Positions 28,018 to 38,401 are shown, numbered from the stretch's first letter. The stretch: DNA of 64,000 bases from Candidatus Kaiserbacteria bacterium (GCA_027451665.1 DAIDIW010000002.1:212254-276253); one strand, 5' to 3'. Translations and numbers: made by a program. Notes: generated from the sequence alone by a model not told the origin.

Positions 28018-29251
28018 ACGGAACCAATACGTCCGGCACGCGGATAGTGCCATCGGCTTGCTGATAATTCTCGACGAGTACCGCAAGGAAGCGCGGCGTC
28101 GCAAGCGCGGTGTTATTTAGCGAATGGGCGAATTGCATGTTCCCCGCGGCATCGCGATAGCGAATATTGAGGCGGCGCGTCTGGAAATCATGGAAATACG
28201 AGGACGAGTGCGTCTCGCGGTATTTCCTTTCGCTCGGCATCCAGCATTCAATGTCATATTTCTTAACCTGGCCGAGGCCGAGGTCTCCGCCGCAGTTCAC
28301 AACCACGTGGTACGGAATCTTGAGCGCTTGGATCATCTCTTCCGCATTATGCGTCAGTTCTTCGTGATGACGCACGCTCGTCTCGTGCGAGGCTTCGCAG
28401 AGGATGACCTGCTCGAACTTGTAGAACTCGTGCACGCGCACGAGCCCCTTCGTGTCCTTGCCGTGCGCGCCGGCCTCTCGGCGAAATGCGGGCGAAAAGG
28501 AAAAGAACTTGAGGGGGAACCGGGATCCATCGAGAACCTCGTCCATGTAGTAGGCCATGGTCGCGACCTCGGCCGTACCCGAGAGGTACTCACCGTCCTG
28601 TGTCTTGTAGAGATCTTCCTCCGATTGCGGCAGATAGCCCGTTCCCATGAATCCTTCGCGGCGCATGAGGCTCGGTACGATCATCGGAGTAAAGCCTCCT
28701 TTCTTCCTAAAATGGTCACTCATGAATTGCCAGAGCGCGTAGGAAAGCAGCGCGCCATCGTTTTTGAGGAAGTAGCCGCGAAAGCCCGCAACCTTCGCAC
28801 CACGATCGAAATCCGCCATGTCGAGCGAGGTCATGAGATCGACGTGCGACTTCGGCACCTCGATCACCGGCTTCTCGCCCCACACCCGCACCTCCACGTT
28901 CGCCTCGTCGCTGTCGCCTTCCGGGACGCTCATGTCGGGCACGTTCGGCACGAGGAGCATAAGCTTCTGCCACTCCTCCATCACCGCTTTATAGCGCTCT
29001 TCCGCCTCGATCATGCCGCTTTTCAGCTGACGCATCGCCTCGAGGAGATGCTCCTTCTCCTGCCCTTGCGCGCGCTGTATCTCCCCACTCCGGCGATTCT
29101 GCTCCGCCTTCTTAGCGTCAAGTTCCGCGCGCAGGCTTTTCCGCTCGTCATCGAGCACGAGCAGGCGGTCGATGTCTGCCTGCATGCGCTTCTTCGCAGC
29201 ACCCATCTTCACGATGTCTGCATTCTCCCGAATGAATTTGATGTCGAGCAT
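27980..29251 (-). CDS. serS: seryl-tRNA synthetase
   Basis: Starts MLDIKFIRENADIV (ATG 29251), N-terminal coiled coil, class II motifs. The track ORF's extra 86 N-terminal codons are unlikely to be translated. Confidence 0.85.
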   Translation of the reverse strand: MLDIKFIRENADIVKMGAAKKRMQADIDRLLVLDDERKSLRAELDAKKAEQNRRSGEIQRAQGQEKEHLLEAMRQLKSGMIEAEERYKAVMEEWQKLMLLVPNVPDMSVPEGDSDEANVEVRVWGEKPVIEVPKSHVDLMTSLDMADFDRGAKVAGFRGYFLKNDGALLSYALWQFMSDHFRKKGGFTPMIVPSLMRREGFMGTGYLPQSEEDLYKTQDGEYLSGTAEVATMAYYMDEVLDGSRFPLKFFSFSPAFRREAGAHGKDTKGLVRVHEFYKFEQVILCEASHETSVRHHEELTHNAEEMIQALKIPYHVVVNCGGDLGLGQVKKYDIECWMPSERKYRETHSSSYFHDFQTRRLNIRYRDAAGNMQFAHSLNNTALATPRFLAVLVENYQQADGTIRVPDVLVPYVGKDVISKPGN

Positions 29252-29569
29252 GTCGTGGCTAGTATACACTCTCTCTATGGACGTTCGCACTCTCACCCGT
29301 GCAGAGTGACCTGCCGAGCTCCACGAGATCCCCAGACCTCCCGGTACGCTGTCAGTGCGTCTCACATTGCTCGTGCCCGGCGCCAAACGGATCGTCTGGG
29401 AACTGTTTGAGACACCTATGCCGCGCGGCGAGCTGCTGCGCGATCGTACGGCACACGTCGACAATCTTCTGACAACGCCCATCTCACTCGGGCTTGCAGG
29501 CCGTGTCAAAGAGGAATACGGTCTCTGAAGACGGTGCTAACAAGGACTCCACGGGAAGAGGAGACATCC

Positions 29570-29884
29570 ATGACCGGAGAGACCATGGCCGGGCTCCTCC
29601 TCGTCTCGTTCTATGGCGAGCAGGAAGCACGGAGACGTATCCATTCAATCATCATCCGCGATATACTCGAGGATGCCTGCCACAAGAGCGGGACGCCTGC
29701 GACGAAGAATATGCTTCGGGATGATATCGTCGCGACAGCCGAGATCCTGACACGGATCGAGGATGAGTTCCCACGCGCGGAGCGAGAGCGAATATACCGC
29801 CGCATCTGGCGCGCGCTCGACTCGTATGAGCGAGAGAAGCTGAAAAGAGTACGCGCCGAGCAGATCGGCGCGAACAATCGATAG
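29570..29884 (+). CDS. hypothetical protein
   Basis: GAGGAG RBS 7 nt upstream of ATG 29570 (MTGETMAGLL...). A terminator follows. Confidence 0.4.
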   Translation: MTGETMAGLLLVSFYGEQEARRRIHSIIIRDILEDACHKSGTPATKNMLRDDIVATAEILTRIEDEFPRAERERIYRRIWRALDSYEREKLKRVRAEQIGANNR

Positions 29885-29900
29885 AAGTGCCGCACACCTT

Positions 29901-29930
29901 CGCGCCCGCAAGAGCGGGCGCGTTCCTTTT
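29901..29930 (+). terminator. rho-independent terminator
   Basis: cgcgcccgc-aaga-gcgggcgcg followed by ttcctttt. Confidence 0.55.
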
Positions 29931-29957
29931 AATGGTCGAAAGCTCTATAGTGCGGGC

Positions 29958-30740
29958 ATGACCGTGCTCTCCTGGAACATGCTCTTCAGCAACGCACGAC
30001 TCGATGACGCATTCGCGTTCATCCGGAACTCCGATGCCGATCTTATCTGCCTACAGGAAATCCCCGACGCATTCCTCGAACGTTTGCGATCGTTGCCCTA
30101 CTCGCTCGTAAGCGCGGTCGAGACGAGCCGCCGCACGCGGCATGGTGACTCGACCCAGCATCTCGCGATACTGTCTCGCTGGCCCGTCATGCGCCATGCG
30201 CGCGTACCGCTCCCAGAGCGCATGCAGGAGCCACTGCGAACGCGCCTCTTCACAAACGCGATGATAGCGCTCGGGCTCTGGGGACGCGGATTCGGCGTTC
30301 GGCACCAGCTCGTCGCGGATATCGAGACGCCCGAGAACCCCCTTCGCGTGATCGATGTGCATCTGCCACTCGCCCGCGCCGCGTGGCGCGCGGAAGAATT
30401 CGAGCGTTCGCTCATGAATGTAGACCACGCGCTCCCAACACTCATCTGCGGCGATTTCAATGTCCTCGAGTCTCGCCGCATTGCGCCCCTCTATTGGCTC
30501 CTCGGTGGTTTGCTCTCGGAGACCCTCTTCTGGCGGCGCGAGCGTGCTCGGATGGAGGAACGCTTCGCCGCACGCGATCTCGCGAATCCGTTGCGCGGAC
30601 AGGTAACCCATCCGACCTCCCGCTCACAACTCGACCATATCCTCTGTTCAAAACATTTCGCTGTAAATAGCGCGCAGGTAGTGAAGAATCGTCATGGCTC
30701 GGACCATCATCCCATCATCACCGAGCTTGACTATATATAG
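29958..30740 (+). CDS. endonuclease/exonuclease/phosphatase (EEP) family protein
   Basis: LSWNM...DLICLQEI...VIDVHL...GDFN...GSDHHPIITEL. Confidence 0.8.
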   Translation: MTVLSWNMLFSNARLDDAFAFIRNSDADLICLQEIPDAFLERLRSLPYSLVSAVETSRRTRHGDSTQHLAILSRWPVMRHARVPLPERMQEPLRTRLFTNAMIALGLWGRGFGVRHQLVADIETPENPLRVIDVHLPLARAAWRAEEFERSLMNVDHALPTLICGDFNVLESRRIAPLYWLLGGLLSETLFWRRERARMEERFAARDLANPLRGQVTHPTSRSQLDHILCSKHFAVNSAQVVKNRHGSDHHPIITELDYI

Positions 30741-30766
30741 GTACGCACGCTATCTGTTAAACCACC

Positions 30767-33133
30767 GTGGCGAAGAAACTACTCATCGTCGAGTCGCCGA
30801 CGAAGGCGCGCACCATAGGGAACTACCTCGGCAAGGACTACACCGTCCTTGCCTCGGTCGGTCACGTCCGTGATCTCCCGAAATCGAACAAGGACGCAGT
30901 CGACATCGAGGACGGCTTTATCCCGAAATACGTCGTCCCTGCCGAGAAGCGCGAGGTCATCGAGAAGATACGCAGGGCTGCAGCGAGCGCCGACGAGGTC
31001 TATCTCGCGACTGACCCCGACCGCGAAGGCGAAGCGATCGCCTGGCATATCAAGCAAGTCGCTGACCTGAAGTCGCCGCATCGGGTCGTCTTCCACGAGA
31101 TCACCCGGCACGCGATCGAGGAAGCGCTCAAGCATCCGCGTAAGATCGACGAGCATCTGCGCGAGGCGCAGGAGGCGCGTCGCGTACTCGATCGCATCGT
31201 CGGCTACGATCTCTCCGGACTCATCTGGAAGAAAGTCCGCTATGGTCTTTCCGCAGGCCGCGTCCAGTCTCCGGCGATGCGCATACTCGCCGAGCGTGAG
31301 CGAGAGATCACTGCATTCGTGCCGGAGACGTACTTCGTGCTCTCCGCGCGGTTCAAGGGCAAGGACGAGGAGTTCCCCGCGACGTGCGCGGAACAGCCGA
31401 AGACACAGGCTGAAGCAGACCGCATCGTGTCGCTCGGCCGCAGCGCACACTGGATGGTGGCGAAAGTGAGCGAGCGAGAGGAGGAACGGAACCCGCGTCC
31501 GCCGTTCACGACCTCGACCCTTCAGCAGACGGCTTCCACGCGCCTCGGCTTCACCCCGAGCCGCACCATGCGCGCGGCGCAGAAGCTCTATGAAGCGGGG
31601 CACATCACCTATATGCGCACTGACTCTGTCAATCTCGCGGGCGAGGCGATCGCTCGCATGGCGACGCTCATTGAGAAGGATTTCGGCAAGGAATACCTCA
31701 CGGTCCGCGCATACAAGACGAAGAGCAAGAACGCGCAGGAAGCACACGAGGCGGTACGCCCCACCGATCCGGCGAAGCAAAGCACAGGCGCGACACCCGA
31801 CGAACAGCGCCTCTACGAGCTCATCCGCACGCGCGCGCTCGCTTCCCAAATGGCCTCTGCGAAGATTATGCGCACGAGCGTCTCGGCCCAGGCCGACGCG
31901 GAGATCCCGCAATTTACCGCGAACGGCTCGCGGGTGCTCTTCCCCGGCTGGCTCGCACTCGATACCCGCGCGCGCGGCGAAGACGTCGAGCTCCCGAAGC
32001 TCGCCGAGAGCGACGCGCTGACCCTCGTCTCGCTCGGCGCGGAAGAGAAGCAGACGGAACCGCCTAACCGCTATACCGAAGCAGGCCTCATCAAGGAGCT
32101 CGAGAAGCGCGGCATCGGTCGCCCGTCCACCTACGCTTCTATCATGCAGACCATCCAGAACCGAGGCTATGTCGAGAAAGAAGGCCGTACGCTCCGCCCC
32201 ACGGCTACCGGCATGGTCGTGTCCGGGTGGCTTGAGGAAAATTTTCCGGAGTACATCAGCGACGATTTCACGGCCGAGATGGAGAATGAGCTCGATGAGA
32301 TCGCGCGCGGCGAACGCGGATACCGCGAGACGCTTTCTGAATTCTATACGCCGTTCGAGAAGGCGGTGCGTTCGAAGGATAAGCTCCCGAAAGCGACCTC
32401 GCTCGGAGATGCGCCCGAGGAATTCCCCTGTCCGATCTGCGGCGGACCGATGGAGTACAAGCTCGGACGCGGCGGCGTCTTCATGAGCTGCAAGCGTTAT
32501 CCGGATTGCACAGGCGCGCGCACAGAATCGGGCGGCGAACTGAAGGGCGACGAGCCAATCGGTACGCACCCGGATACCGGCGCCCCGATCTATGTGAAGA
32601 GCGGACGGTTCGGCCCCTATGTAGAGATGGATCTGCCTGAGGAGGATGCGAAGGAGCGCGGGGACGAGAAACCGAAGAAGGGGCGCGGCCGCCCGAAGAA
32701 ACACGCGAAGCGCGCTTCGATCCCGAAGGATGTCGACCCATCGCGCGTGACGTTGGCTGACGCAGTCCGTTACCTCTCCCTTCCGCGCGAGCTCGGACGT
32801 CATCCCGGTACGGGCAAGATGGTATTCGCGAATACCGGACGCTTCGGGCCCTATGTCGGCATGGACGGCGAGTTCCGCTCGATCAAGAAGAGTGATCCGT
32901 ACACCATCACCCTCGATGAGGCGCTCGCACTCCTCTCCATCCCGAAGAAGCTGCCGAAGGGCGTTGAGCTCGTCCGCGAGGTCGGGAAACATCCGAAGAC
33001 AGGAAAATCCATCCAGCTCCTGAAGACCCGGCAAGGCTATTTCTTGAAGAAGGGTTTGCGGAGGATCTACCTTCCCCAATCGGTTGACGTGAACGGGCTT
33101 ACCGCCGAACAAGCCGCTGAATATCTCAAGTAG
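30767..33133 (+). CDS. topA: DNA topoisomerase I (GTG start)
   Basis: Toprim LLIVESPTKARTIG, active-site region, C-terminal zinc-ribbon repeats (GRFGPYV x2) and a Lys-rich tail. Confidence 0.9.
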   Translation: MAKKLLIVESPTKARTIGNYLGKDYTVLASVGHVRDLPKSNKDAVDIEDGFIPKYVVPAEKREVIEKIRRAAASADEVYLATDPDREGEAIAWHIKQVADLKSPHRVVFHEITRHAIEEALKHPRKIDEHLREAQEARRVLDRIVGYDLSGLIWKKVRYGLSAGRVQSPAMRILAEREREITAFVPETYFVLSARFKGKDEEFPATCAEQPKTQAEADRIVSLGRSAHWMVAKVSEREEERNPRPPFTTSTLQQTASTRLGFTPSRTMRAAQKLYEAGHITYMRTDSVNLAGEAIARMATLIEKDFGKEYLTVRAYKTKSKNAQEAHEAVRPTDPAKQSTGATPDEQRLYELIRTRALASQMASAKIMRTSVSAQADAEIPQFTANGSRVLFPGWLALDTRARGEDVELPKLAESDALTLVSLGAEEKQTEPPNRYTEAGLIKELEKRGIGRPSTYASIMQTIQNRGYVEKEGRTLRPTATGMVVSGWLEENFPEYISDDFTAEMENELDEIARGERGYRETLSEFYTPFEKAVRSKDKLPKATSLGDAPEEFPCPICGGPMEYKLGRGGVFMSCKRYPDCTGARTESGGELKGDEPIGTHPDTGAPIYVKSGRFGPYVEMDLPEEDAKERGDEKPKKGRGRPKKHAKRASIPKDVDPSRVTLADAVRYLSLPRELGRHPGTGKMVFANTGRFGPYVGMDGEFRSIKKSDPYTITLDEALALLSIPKKLPKGVELVREVGKHPKTGKSIQLLKTRQGYFLKKGLRRIYLPQSVDVNGLTAEQAAEYLK

Positions 33134-33156
33134 AGCTGATTTGCTATGCTATCCGC

Positions 33157-34734
33157 ATGACGCCCGTCAAGGACATCATCGCGGAAATGAGCATCGCGAC
33201 GCCGGAGGAGACGGCGCTTGTCGAGAAAGCGTATGGGTTCGCGAAGAAGGCGCATGAAGGTCATACGCGCTACTCGGGCGAACCTTATTTCATGCATCCG
33301 GCAGCAGTCGCCAAGATGCTCGCGGAGTACGGAATGGACAGCGCGACCATCGCCGCCGGCTTACTCCATGATACCGTCGAGGACGGTCTAGCTTCGCGCG
33401 ATGAGGTCGAACGGGAATTCGGCAAGGACGTGCTCTTCCTTGTCGATGGCGTGACAAAACTCGGGCACCATAAGTATCGCGGCGCCGAGCGTCATGCGGA
33501 AAGCCTTCGACGGCTCCTCGTCGCGACCGCGAGCGACATACGCGTCCTCATCGTGAAGCTCGCCGATCGCTACCACAATATGACGACGCTCGAGCACGTG
33601 CCGGAGCACAAGCGGCGACGCATCGCTCTTGAGACGCTCGAGATCTTCGCGCCGATCGCGGATCGACTCGGCATGGGAAAAATGAAGCGGGATCTCGAGG
33701 ACCTCGCCTTCCCCTACGTTGATCCGGACGCGTACGCGCACGCCGCGCAAGTCCGTAAGCTGAAGACGAAGGAGACGGAGGACGGACTCGCGAAGGTGCA
33801 GAAGACGCTACAGAAGGACTTCGCGAAGAAAGGCTTGACCGAATTCCGCACGGAGATCCGCATGAAGGGACTCTGGTCGCTCCATCAAAAGCTGAAGCGC
33901 AAGGATGACGACATCACGCTCATTCACGACATCGCTGCACTCCGCATCATCCTGCCGAAGATCGAGGACTGCTACACCGCCCTCGGGGCGGTACATGCTC
34001 TGTATAAGCCCTTGCCGGGCGAGTTCAAAGACTATATCGCTTTCCCGAAGCCAAACGGCTACCAGTCACTCCACACGACGGTCGTAACCCCGGACGCAGG
34101 CATCGTCGAGATCCAGATCCGCAGCGAAGATATGCACCGTCGCGCGCAGTTCGGCATCGCGAGCCACATGTCCTACAAACAACTCGGCAAGAATGCGCCC
34201 AAGAGCTCATTCGCCGGCCTGTCCTTCGCCTGGGTGCGTTCGCTCATACCTTCTCTCATGAAAGTCTCAAGGCCTACGACTGAGACCGGCGGGAGAGCCG
34301 CGCCGGCTCCTGCGTGGCTTACGGAGCTCGCTGACGCGCATACCTCGATTATCGGCTCAGAGGAGTTCGTCGAGGGGCTTAAGGAGGATTTCTTCTCCCA
34401 TCGCGTATTCCTATTCACACCGAAGGGCGACGTGGTGGACTTGCCCGCGCAGTCCACGCCGATCGATTTCGCGTATGCGATCCACAGCGATATCGGCAAT
34501 CATCTCCAAGGAGCGAAAGTGAACGGGAAGCTTGTCTCCTTCGAGACGCCGCTTCATAACGGCGACGTGGTCGATATTATGACGCGCGACGCTGCGCACC
34601 CGTCTCCGAAATGGCTCGAGGAGTGCAAGACATCGCTCGCGCGCAAGCACATCAAGGCAGCGCTTGGCATGACGGAACCGGAACGACCGCGGCGCAGAAC
34701 GCTCCGCAAGCCGGGAAAGCGCGAACGAAAATAG
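33157..34734 (+). CDS. relA: bifunctional (p)ppGpp synthetase/hydrolase, short RelA/SpoT homolog (HD + synthetase + TGS, no ACT)
   Basis: HD motif HPAAVA...LLHDTVED. Synthetase domain LWSLHQKL...ALRIIL. TGS VFLFTPKGDVVDLP...DFAYAIHSDIG. Confidence 0.85.
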   Translation: MTPVKDIIAEMSIATPEETALVEKAYGFAKKAHEGHTRYSGEPYFMHPAAVAKMLAEYGMDSATIAAGLLHDTVEDGLASRDEVEREFGKDVLFLVDGVTKLGHHKYRGAERHAESLRRLLVATASDIRVLIVKLADRYHNMTTLEHVPEHKRRRIALETLEIFAPIADRLGMGKMKRDLEDLAFPYVDPDAYAHAAQVRKLKTKETEDGLAKVQKTLQKDFAKKGLTEFRTEIRMKGLWSLHQKLKRKDDDITLIHDIAALRIILPKIEDCYTALGAVHALYKPLPGEFKDYIAFPKPNGYQSLHTTVVTPDAGIVEIQIRSEDMHRRAQFGIASHMSYKQLGKNAPKSSFAGLSFAWVRSLIPSLMKVSRPTTETGGRAAPAPAWLTELADAHTSIIGSEEFVEGLKEDFFSHRVFLFTPKGDVVDLPAQSTPIDFAYAIHSDIGNHLQGAKVNGKLVSFETPLHNGDVVDIMTRDAAHPSPKWLEECKTSLARKHIKAALGMTEPERPRRRTLRKPGKRERK

Positions 34735-34763
34735 CACCGCGCCCTTAGCGCAGTACCCACACG

Positions 34764-35756
34764 TCAGATCGAGAAATTGCTGATTGAGTACAGGTCTCCC
34801 TCATCCGGTTCCTCGGGCGCCGGCGGGGCGATCGGATCCGCGTCGAGCTGCGTCGTGTTCGGATAGAGCGTCTGCGCTGCATCCACGCACGCCGCCGCCT
34901 CGGCAATCTGCTGCTCCTGCTCGCGCAAGAATGCCTCTACCAGATGATTCAGATCCTCGTTCGAGAAGAAGTCGATGAGCAGACGTCCGCCTTCGGCTCC
35001 GGCTTCGATGATGACGCGCGTGCCGAGCTTCTCAGTGAGCGATTTCTCGAGCTCGACCATCTCCCGTGTCTTCTTGTGATGCTTCCGCACGCGTTCCTGC
35101 GCGATCGAGCGCGCGATCCGCTCAGCCGCGCGGACTGGGAGCTTCTTAAGCACGATCTCCTTATAGAGCGTCTCGCGCTCCTCTGGACGATCGTTCAGCG
35201 CAAGCAGCGCGCGCGCATGACCTTCCGAGATCTCCTTGTCGACGATCGCCTGCTGCATGCTCTCCGGAAGCATGAGGAGGCGCAGGGAGTTCGATACGTA
35301 CTCGCGGCTGCGGCCCACCTTAGCCGCCGTTTCCGTATGCGAGATGCCGAATTCTTCGATGAGCTGCCTGAGCGCTTTCGCGCGATCGATCGCGTTCAGA
35401 TCCTCGCGCTGAAGGTTCTCGATGATCGCGAGTTCGAGCTTCGTCTTACTTGTCTCGCCTTCGCGAATGACCACGGGTACCTGCTTCAGCCCGATAAGCT
35501 TCGAAGCTCTGAGACGGCGCTCGCCGGCGATGAGCTCGTACTGCGTCTCGAGTCCGCCGTCGGGCTTCTCGACCTCGTTGCGGGTTACCGTGAGCGGCTG
35601 CAAGAGCCCGTACTGGCGTATCGAATCTGCGAGCGATTTCAGGCCTTCCTCGCTGAATTCCCGGCGCGGCTGATAGGGGTTCGGGGCGATCTTGTCAGTC
35701 TCGACCCAATAGACTGAGTCGTACTTGGTCGGTATGTATTTCGCGTCCTCGCTCAT
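34764..35756 (-). CDS. parB: ParB/Spo0J chromosome partitioning protein
   Basis: IAPNPYQPRREF...GLLQPL...GERRLRASKLIGLKQVPVVI. Confidence 0.85.
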   Translation of the reverse strand: MSEDAKYIPTKYDSVYWVETDKIAPNPYQPRREFSEEGLKSLADSIRQYGLLQPLTVTRNEVEKPDGGLETQYELIAGERRLRASKLIGLKQVPVVIREGETSKTKLELAIIENLQREDLNAIDRAKALRQLIEEFGISHTETAAKVGRSREYVSNSLRLLMLPESMQQAIVDKEISEGHARALLALNDRPEERETLYKEIVLKKLPVRAAERIARSIAQERVRKHHKKTREMVELEKSLTEKLGTRVIIEAGAEGGRLLIDFFSNEDLNHLVEAFLREQEQQIAEAAACVDAAQTLYPNTTQLDADPIAPPAPEEPDEGDLYSISNFSI

Positions 35757-35813
35757 TTGCCGTTAGTTTACCAGATGAAAAATGTCGTGCGAAATGATAC
35801 TGTGCATCCGACG

Positions 35814-35894
35814 CCGGGATGGCGGAATGGTAGACGCGGTGGATTCAAAACCCACTGTCGCAAGACATGAGAGTTCGAGTCTCTCTCCCGGCAC
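35814..35894 (+). tRNA. tRNA-Leu (anticodon CAA), long variable arm
   Basis: GCCGGGATGGCGGAATGGTAGACGCGGTGGATTCAAAACCCAC...GAGAGTTCGAGTCTCTCTCCCGGCA. The track ORF 35768-35977 overlaps it and is spurious. Confidence 0.8.
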
Positions 35895-35998
35895 AATTGA
35901 ATCTGATAGGAGGCGGCTAGAGGCGCGCTCAGCTTCTTGCGTCCATAAGCGCTAGTGTTATGGTTCCCCCAGACCATGCCATCAGAAGGAGGCTACGC

Positions 35999-36760
35999 AT
36001 GGATACCCGCTCTCTTGTAAATTGGAAGAAAAAGTTCGAGGACGTAGGTGCATTCTGGCGCCATGATCAGAACCCCTTGCGCCCTTACGCGCGGCTGACT
36101 TCAGGCCGCATTTCCGATGGATTCTTCGATGCCGATCGAGTTACCGCGCACCCGTCTCTGGTATATCAGGCGATCGGCCATCTGATGCAGGCGTCTGAGC
36201 TCGAACGGGCGCTCCGCCTGATACGGACGCCTGAAGAGTGTGCGCTCAGAAAGCACGCAGTCGCTTCAACTCTGAACGATCTGCGCCCCTCGTACGTCGA
36301 AGAGCGCCGAGGGCCGCGCATTACGCTTGTGGTCGGTGCCGCCTATGGCGCAATCACGCCAGCCTACGCGGCAGCGCATCACGCAGAGGCGAGAATGGCC
36401 TTCGCCGTAAAGCGAGAGGACGGCACCTTCACCTTCGACCGGTTTGAGGCATCCATCGGCGAGCAAGAGGTCGTCCTCATCATTGAGGACACAGTTACTA
36501 CCGGAGGCACCGTGCGCAAGATTCGTGATGCACTCATACGCATCCGTCCCAAGTCTCGGTTCATACCGTGCGTACTCTCGTTTTGTAACCGTTCAAACAC
36601 GATCGCAATCGACGATATGGAAATCGCCTCGCTCATCTCCCCGGACATTAGAAGCTGGAAAGAGGGCGAGAACCCGTATACGCCCGACGGTCGTGAGCTC
36701 GTACCGCCAGTGAGTGAGCCCAAGCTGCATTCGCACGAACTCACGCGCACATATCCGTAA
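35999..36760 (+). CDS. type I phosphoribosyltransferase family protein (orotate PRTase-like)
   Basis: PRPP-binding loop VVLIIEDTVTTGGTV. Upstream VGAFWRHDQNPLRPYARLTSGRISDGFFD resembles OPRTase. The start was chosen at MDTRSLV. Confidence 0.6.
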   Translation: MDTRSLVNWKKKFEDVGAFWRHDQNPLRPYARLTSGRISDGFFDADRVTAHPSLVYQAIGHLMQASELERALRLIRTPEECALRKHAVASTLNDLRPSYVEERRGPRITLVVGAAYGAITPAYAAAHHAEARMAFAVKREDGTFTFDRFEASIGEQEVVLIIEDTVTTGGTVRKIRDALIRIRPKSRFIPCVLSFCNRSNTIAIDDMEIASLISPDIRSWKEGENPYTPDGRELVPPVSEPKLHSHELTRTYP

Positions 36761-36802
36761 ACTCCAAGATGCGCCGTATGCTTCCTACGATGCGAAGTAC
36801 AA

Positions 36803-36835
36803 ACGGCGGACTCCCGAGTCCGCCGTTTTTTCTTT
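36803..36835 (+). terminator. rho-independent terminator
   Basis: acggcggactc-ccg-agtccgccgt followed by TTTTTTCTTTT. Confidence 0.65.
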
Positions 36836-36851
36836 TGCGTCTTGCGTACCC

Positions 36852-37514
36852 CTAAAGCTTGCCGACCAAGTCGAGGTCGCCGCCCGTGAGCGTATCGTCA
36901 CCGGGCTCCCAGGATGCCGGGCACACCTGCCCCTTATGCGTGTCTACGAACTGTGCGGCCTGCAGCTTGCGATACGTCTCCGCGGCTTTACGGCCCATGG
37001 AGTTATCGTTTACCTCCATCGCGCGCAGGACGCCTGACGGATCGATGATGAAGGAGCCACGCAAGGCGAGGCCTTCATCCGGCGTGAGCTCGGCTTCCCC
37101 ACCCTCGATGAGCACACCAAAGGCATACGCAAGCTTTCCCGAGGGATCCGCCGCCATAGGGTATCGGATAGCCCTGATGCCCTCTGAGACGTCGTGCCAG
37201 GCCTTATGGACGAAGACGGTATCGGTGGAAACGGAAATGATCTCCGCGTTTAACGCTTTGAATTTCGGGTACAACTTCGCGAGATCCTCGAGCTCGGTAG
37301 GACACACAAAGGTGAAGTCAGCGGGATAGAACACGAGCACGATCCATTTCCCGCGAAGCTTCGAGAGCGACATCGTCTTCACGTCGCCCCCGTGAAAGGC
37401 TTCGAACTCGAAGTCTGGCACGGGCTCGCCCACTTTTACTTGGGCCGTGTAATCGCGGACCTGATCATGGAATTCTCCGCAATGCTCGCAGTAGTTGCTC
37501 TTGGTTTCCTTCAT
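36852..37514 (-). CDS. 2-Cys peroxiredoxin (AhpC/TSA family) with an N-terminal ~30-aa Cys-containing extension
   Basis: Peroxidatic FTFVCPTE, resolving-Cys region, extension MKETKSNYCEHCGEFHD. Confidence 0.85.
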   Translation of the reverse strand: MKETKSNYCEHCGEFHDQVRDYTAQVKVGEPVPDFEFEAFHGGDVKTMSLSKLRGKWIVLVFYPADFTFVCPTELEDLAKLYPKFKALNAEIISVSTDTVFVHKAWHDVSEGIRAIRYPMAADPSGKLAYAFGVLIEGGEAELTPDEGLALRGSFIIDPSGVLRAMEVNDNSMGRKAAETYRKLQAAQFVDTHKGQVCPASWEPGDDTLTGGDLDLVGKL

Positions 37515-37519
37515 AGGCG

Positions 37520-38401
37520 TTGTCGGTTAGTGGGTCCATGGTACCATCGCCCTCGATGGCCACCAAGATTCTCTGCATTGCCGGCCCTACCGCTTCTGGG
37601 AAGACGGCGCGCGCGGTGGCGGAGGCTCTCGCGCGCGGTGGCGAGGTCATATCCGTCGATAGCCGTCAGGTCTATCGGGGACTCGATATCGGGACTGAGA
37701 AGATCGCTCCTGCCGAGATGCGCGGGGTGCCGCATCATCTCATCGACATACGCAATCCGGGAGACCCGTACTCTGCCGGCGATTTCGTGCATGACGCCGA
37801 GCGCTGCATCCGCGATATCGTCGCGTGCAGGAAGATACCTATCCTCGCAGGTGGCACCCACTTCTATTTTGATGCGCTCTTCCACGGATTGCCTCCCGAG
37901 ACGCCCGCGAATGCGAAGCTGCGAGCCTTCCTTGAGACGCTTCCGGATGCGGACCTTTACGCGCGGATACAGCAACAGGATCCGAAGCGTGCGGCGCAGC
38001 TCGACCCAAAGAACCGACGACGCCTCATACGAGCGCTCGAGATCATTGAGCGGCACGGCAAAGTGCCGAAACGCACCGCGCTCCCGAAGCCGCCCTATGC
38101 GGCCGAATGGATCTTGCTCGAGCCGTCAGACGAGAAGCTTCGCATCGCGATTCGACATCGCCTTGAGGAAACGCTCGCGAAAGGCCTCATCGAAGAGACA
38201 CGTCGCGTGCGGACTGCGGTTGGTGACGCGCGCCTCGCTGAACTCGGCCTCGAGTATCGAATCATAGGCGAATATATCCGTGGAGAACGTAACGAGGCGA
38301 GTCTCCTTCCGGCCCTCACCTCGAAGCTCTGGCAGTACGCGCGACGCCAGAGGGCGTGGCTAAGAAAGCTGCGCGACGAGACGGTATCGTCCGGTTCCTA
38401 A
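37520..38401 (+). CDS. miaA: tRNA dimethylallyltransferase
   Basis: ILCIAGPTASGKT...ISVDSRQVYRGLDIGT(E)KI. The true start may be an internal Met (MATKIL). Confidence 0.85.
   Translation: MSVSGSMVPSPSMATKILCIAGPTASGKTARAVAEALARGGEVISVDSRQVYRGLDIGTEKIAPAEMRGVPHHLIDIRNPGDPYSAGDFVHDAERCIRDIVACRKIPILAGGTHFYFDALFHGLPPETPANAKLRAFLETLPDADLYARIQQQDPKRAAQLDPKNRRRLIRALEIIERHGKVPKRTALPKPPYAAEWILLEPSDEKLRIAIRHRLEETLAKGLIEETRRVRTAVGDARLAELGLEYRIIGEYIRGERNEASLLPALTSKLWQYARRQRAWLRKLRDETVSSGS

Noticed and set aside
28124-29410. 428-aa + strand ORF
   Set aside because: It is antisense to serS, which has unambiguous class II aaRS features. It is Arg/His-rich and low complexity.
30779-33112. 777-aa minus-strand ORF
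   Set aside because: It is a mirror-frame artefact of topA (Arg/Leu-rich). topA has Toprim and zinc-ribbon motifs.
35768-35977. 69-aa minus-strand ORF
   Set aside because: It overlaps tRNA-Leu(CAA).
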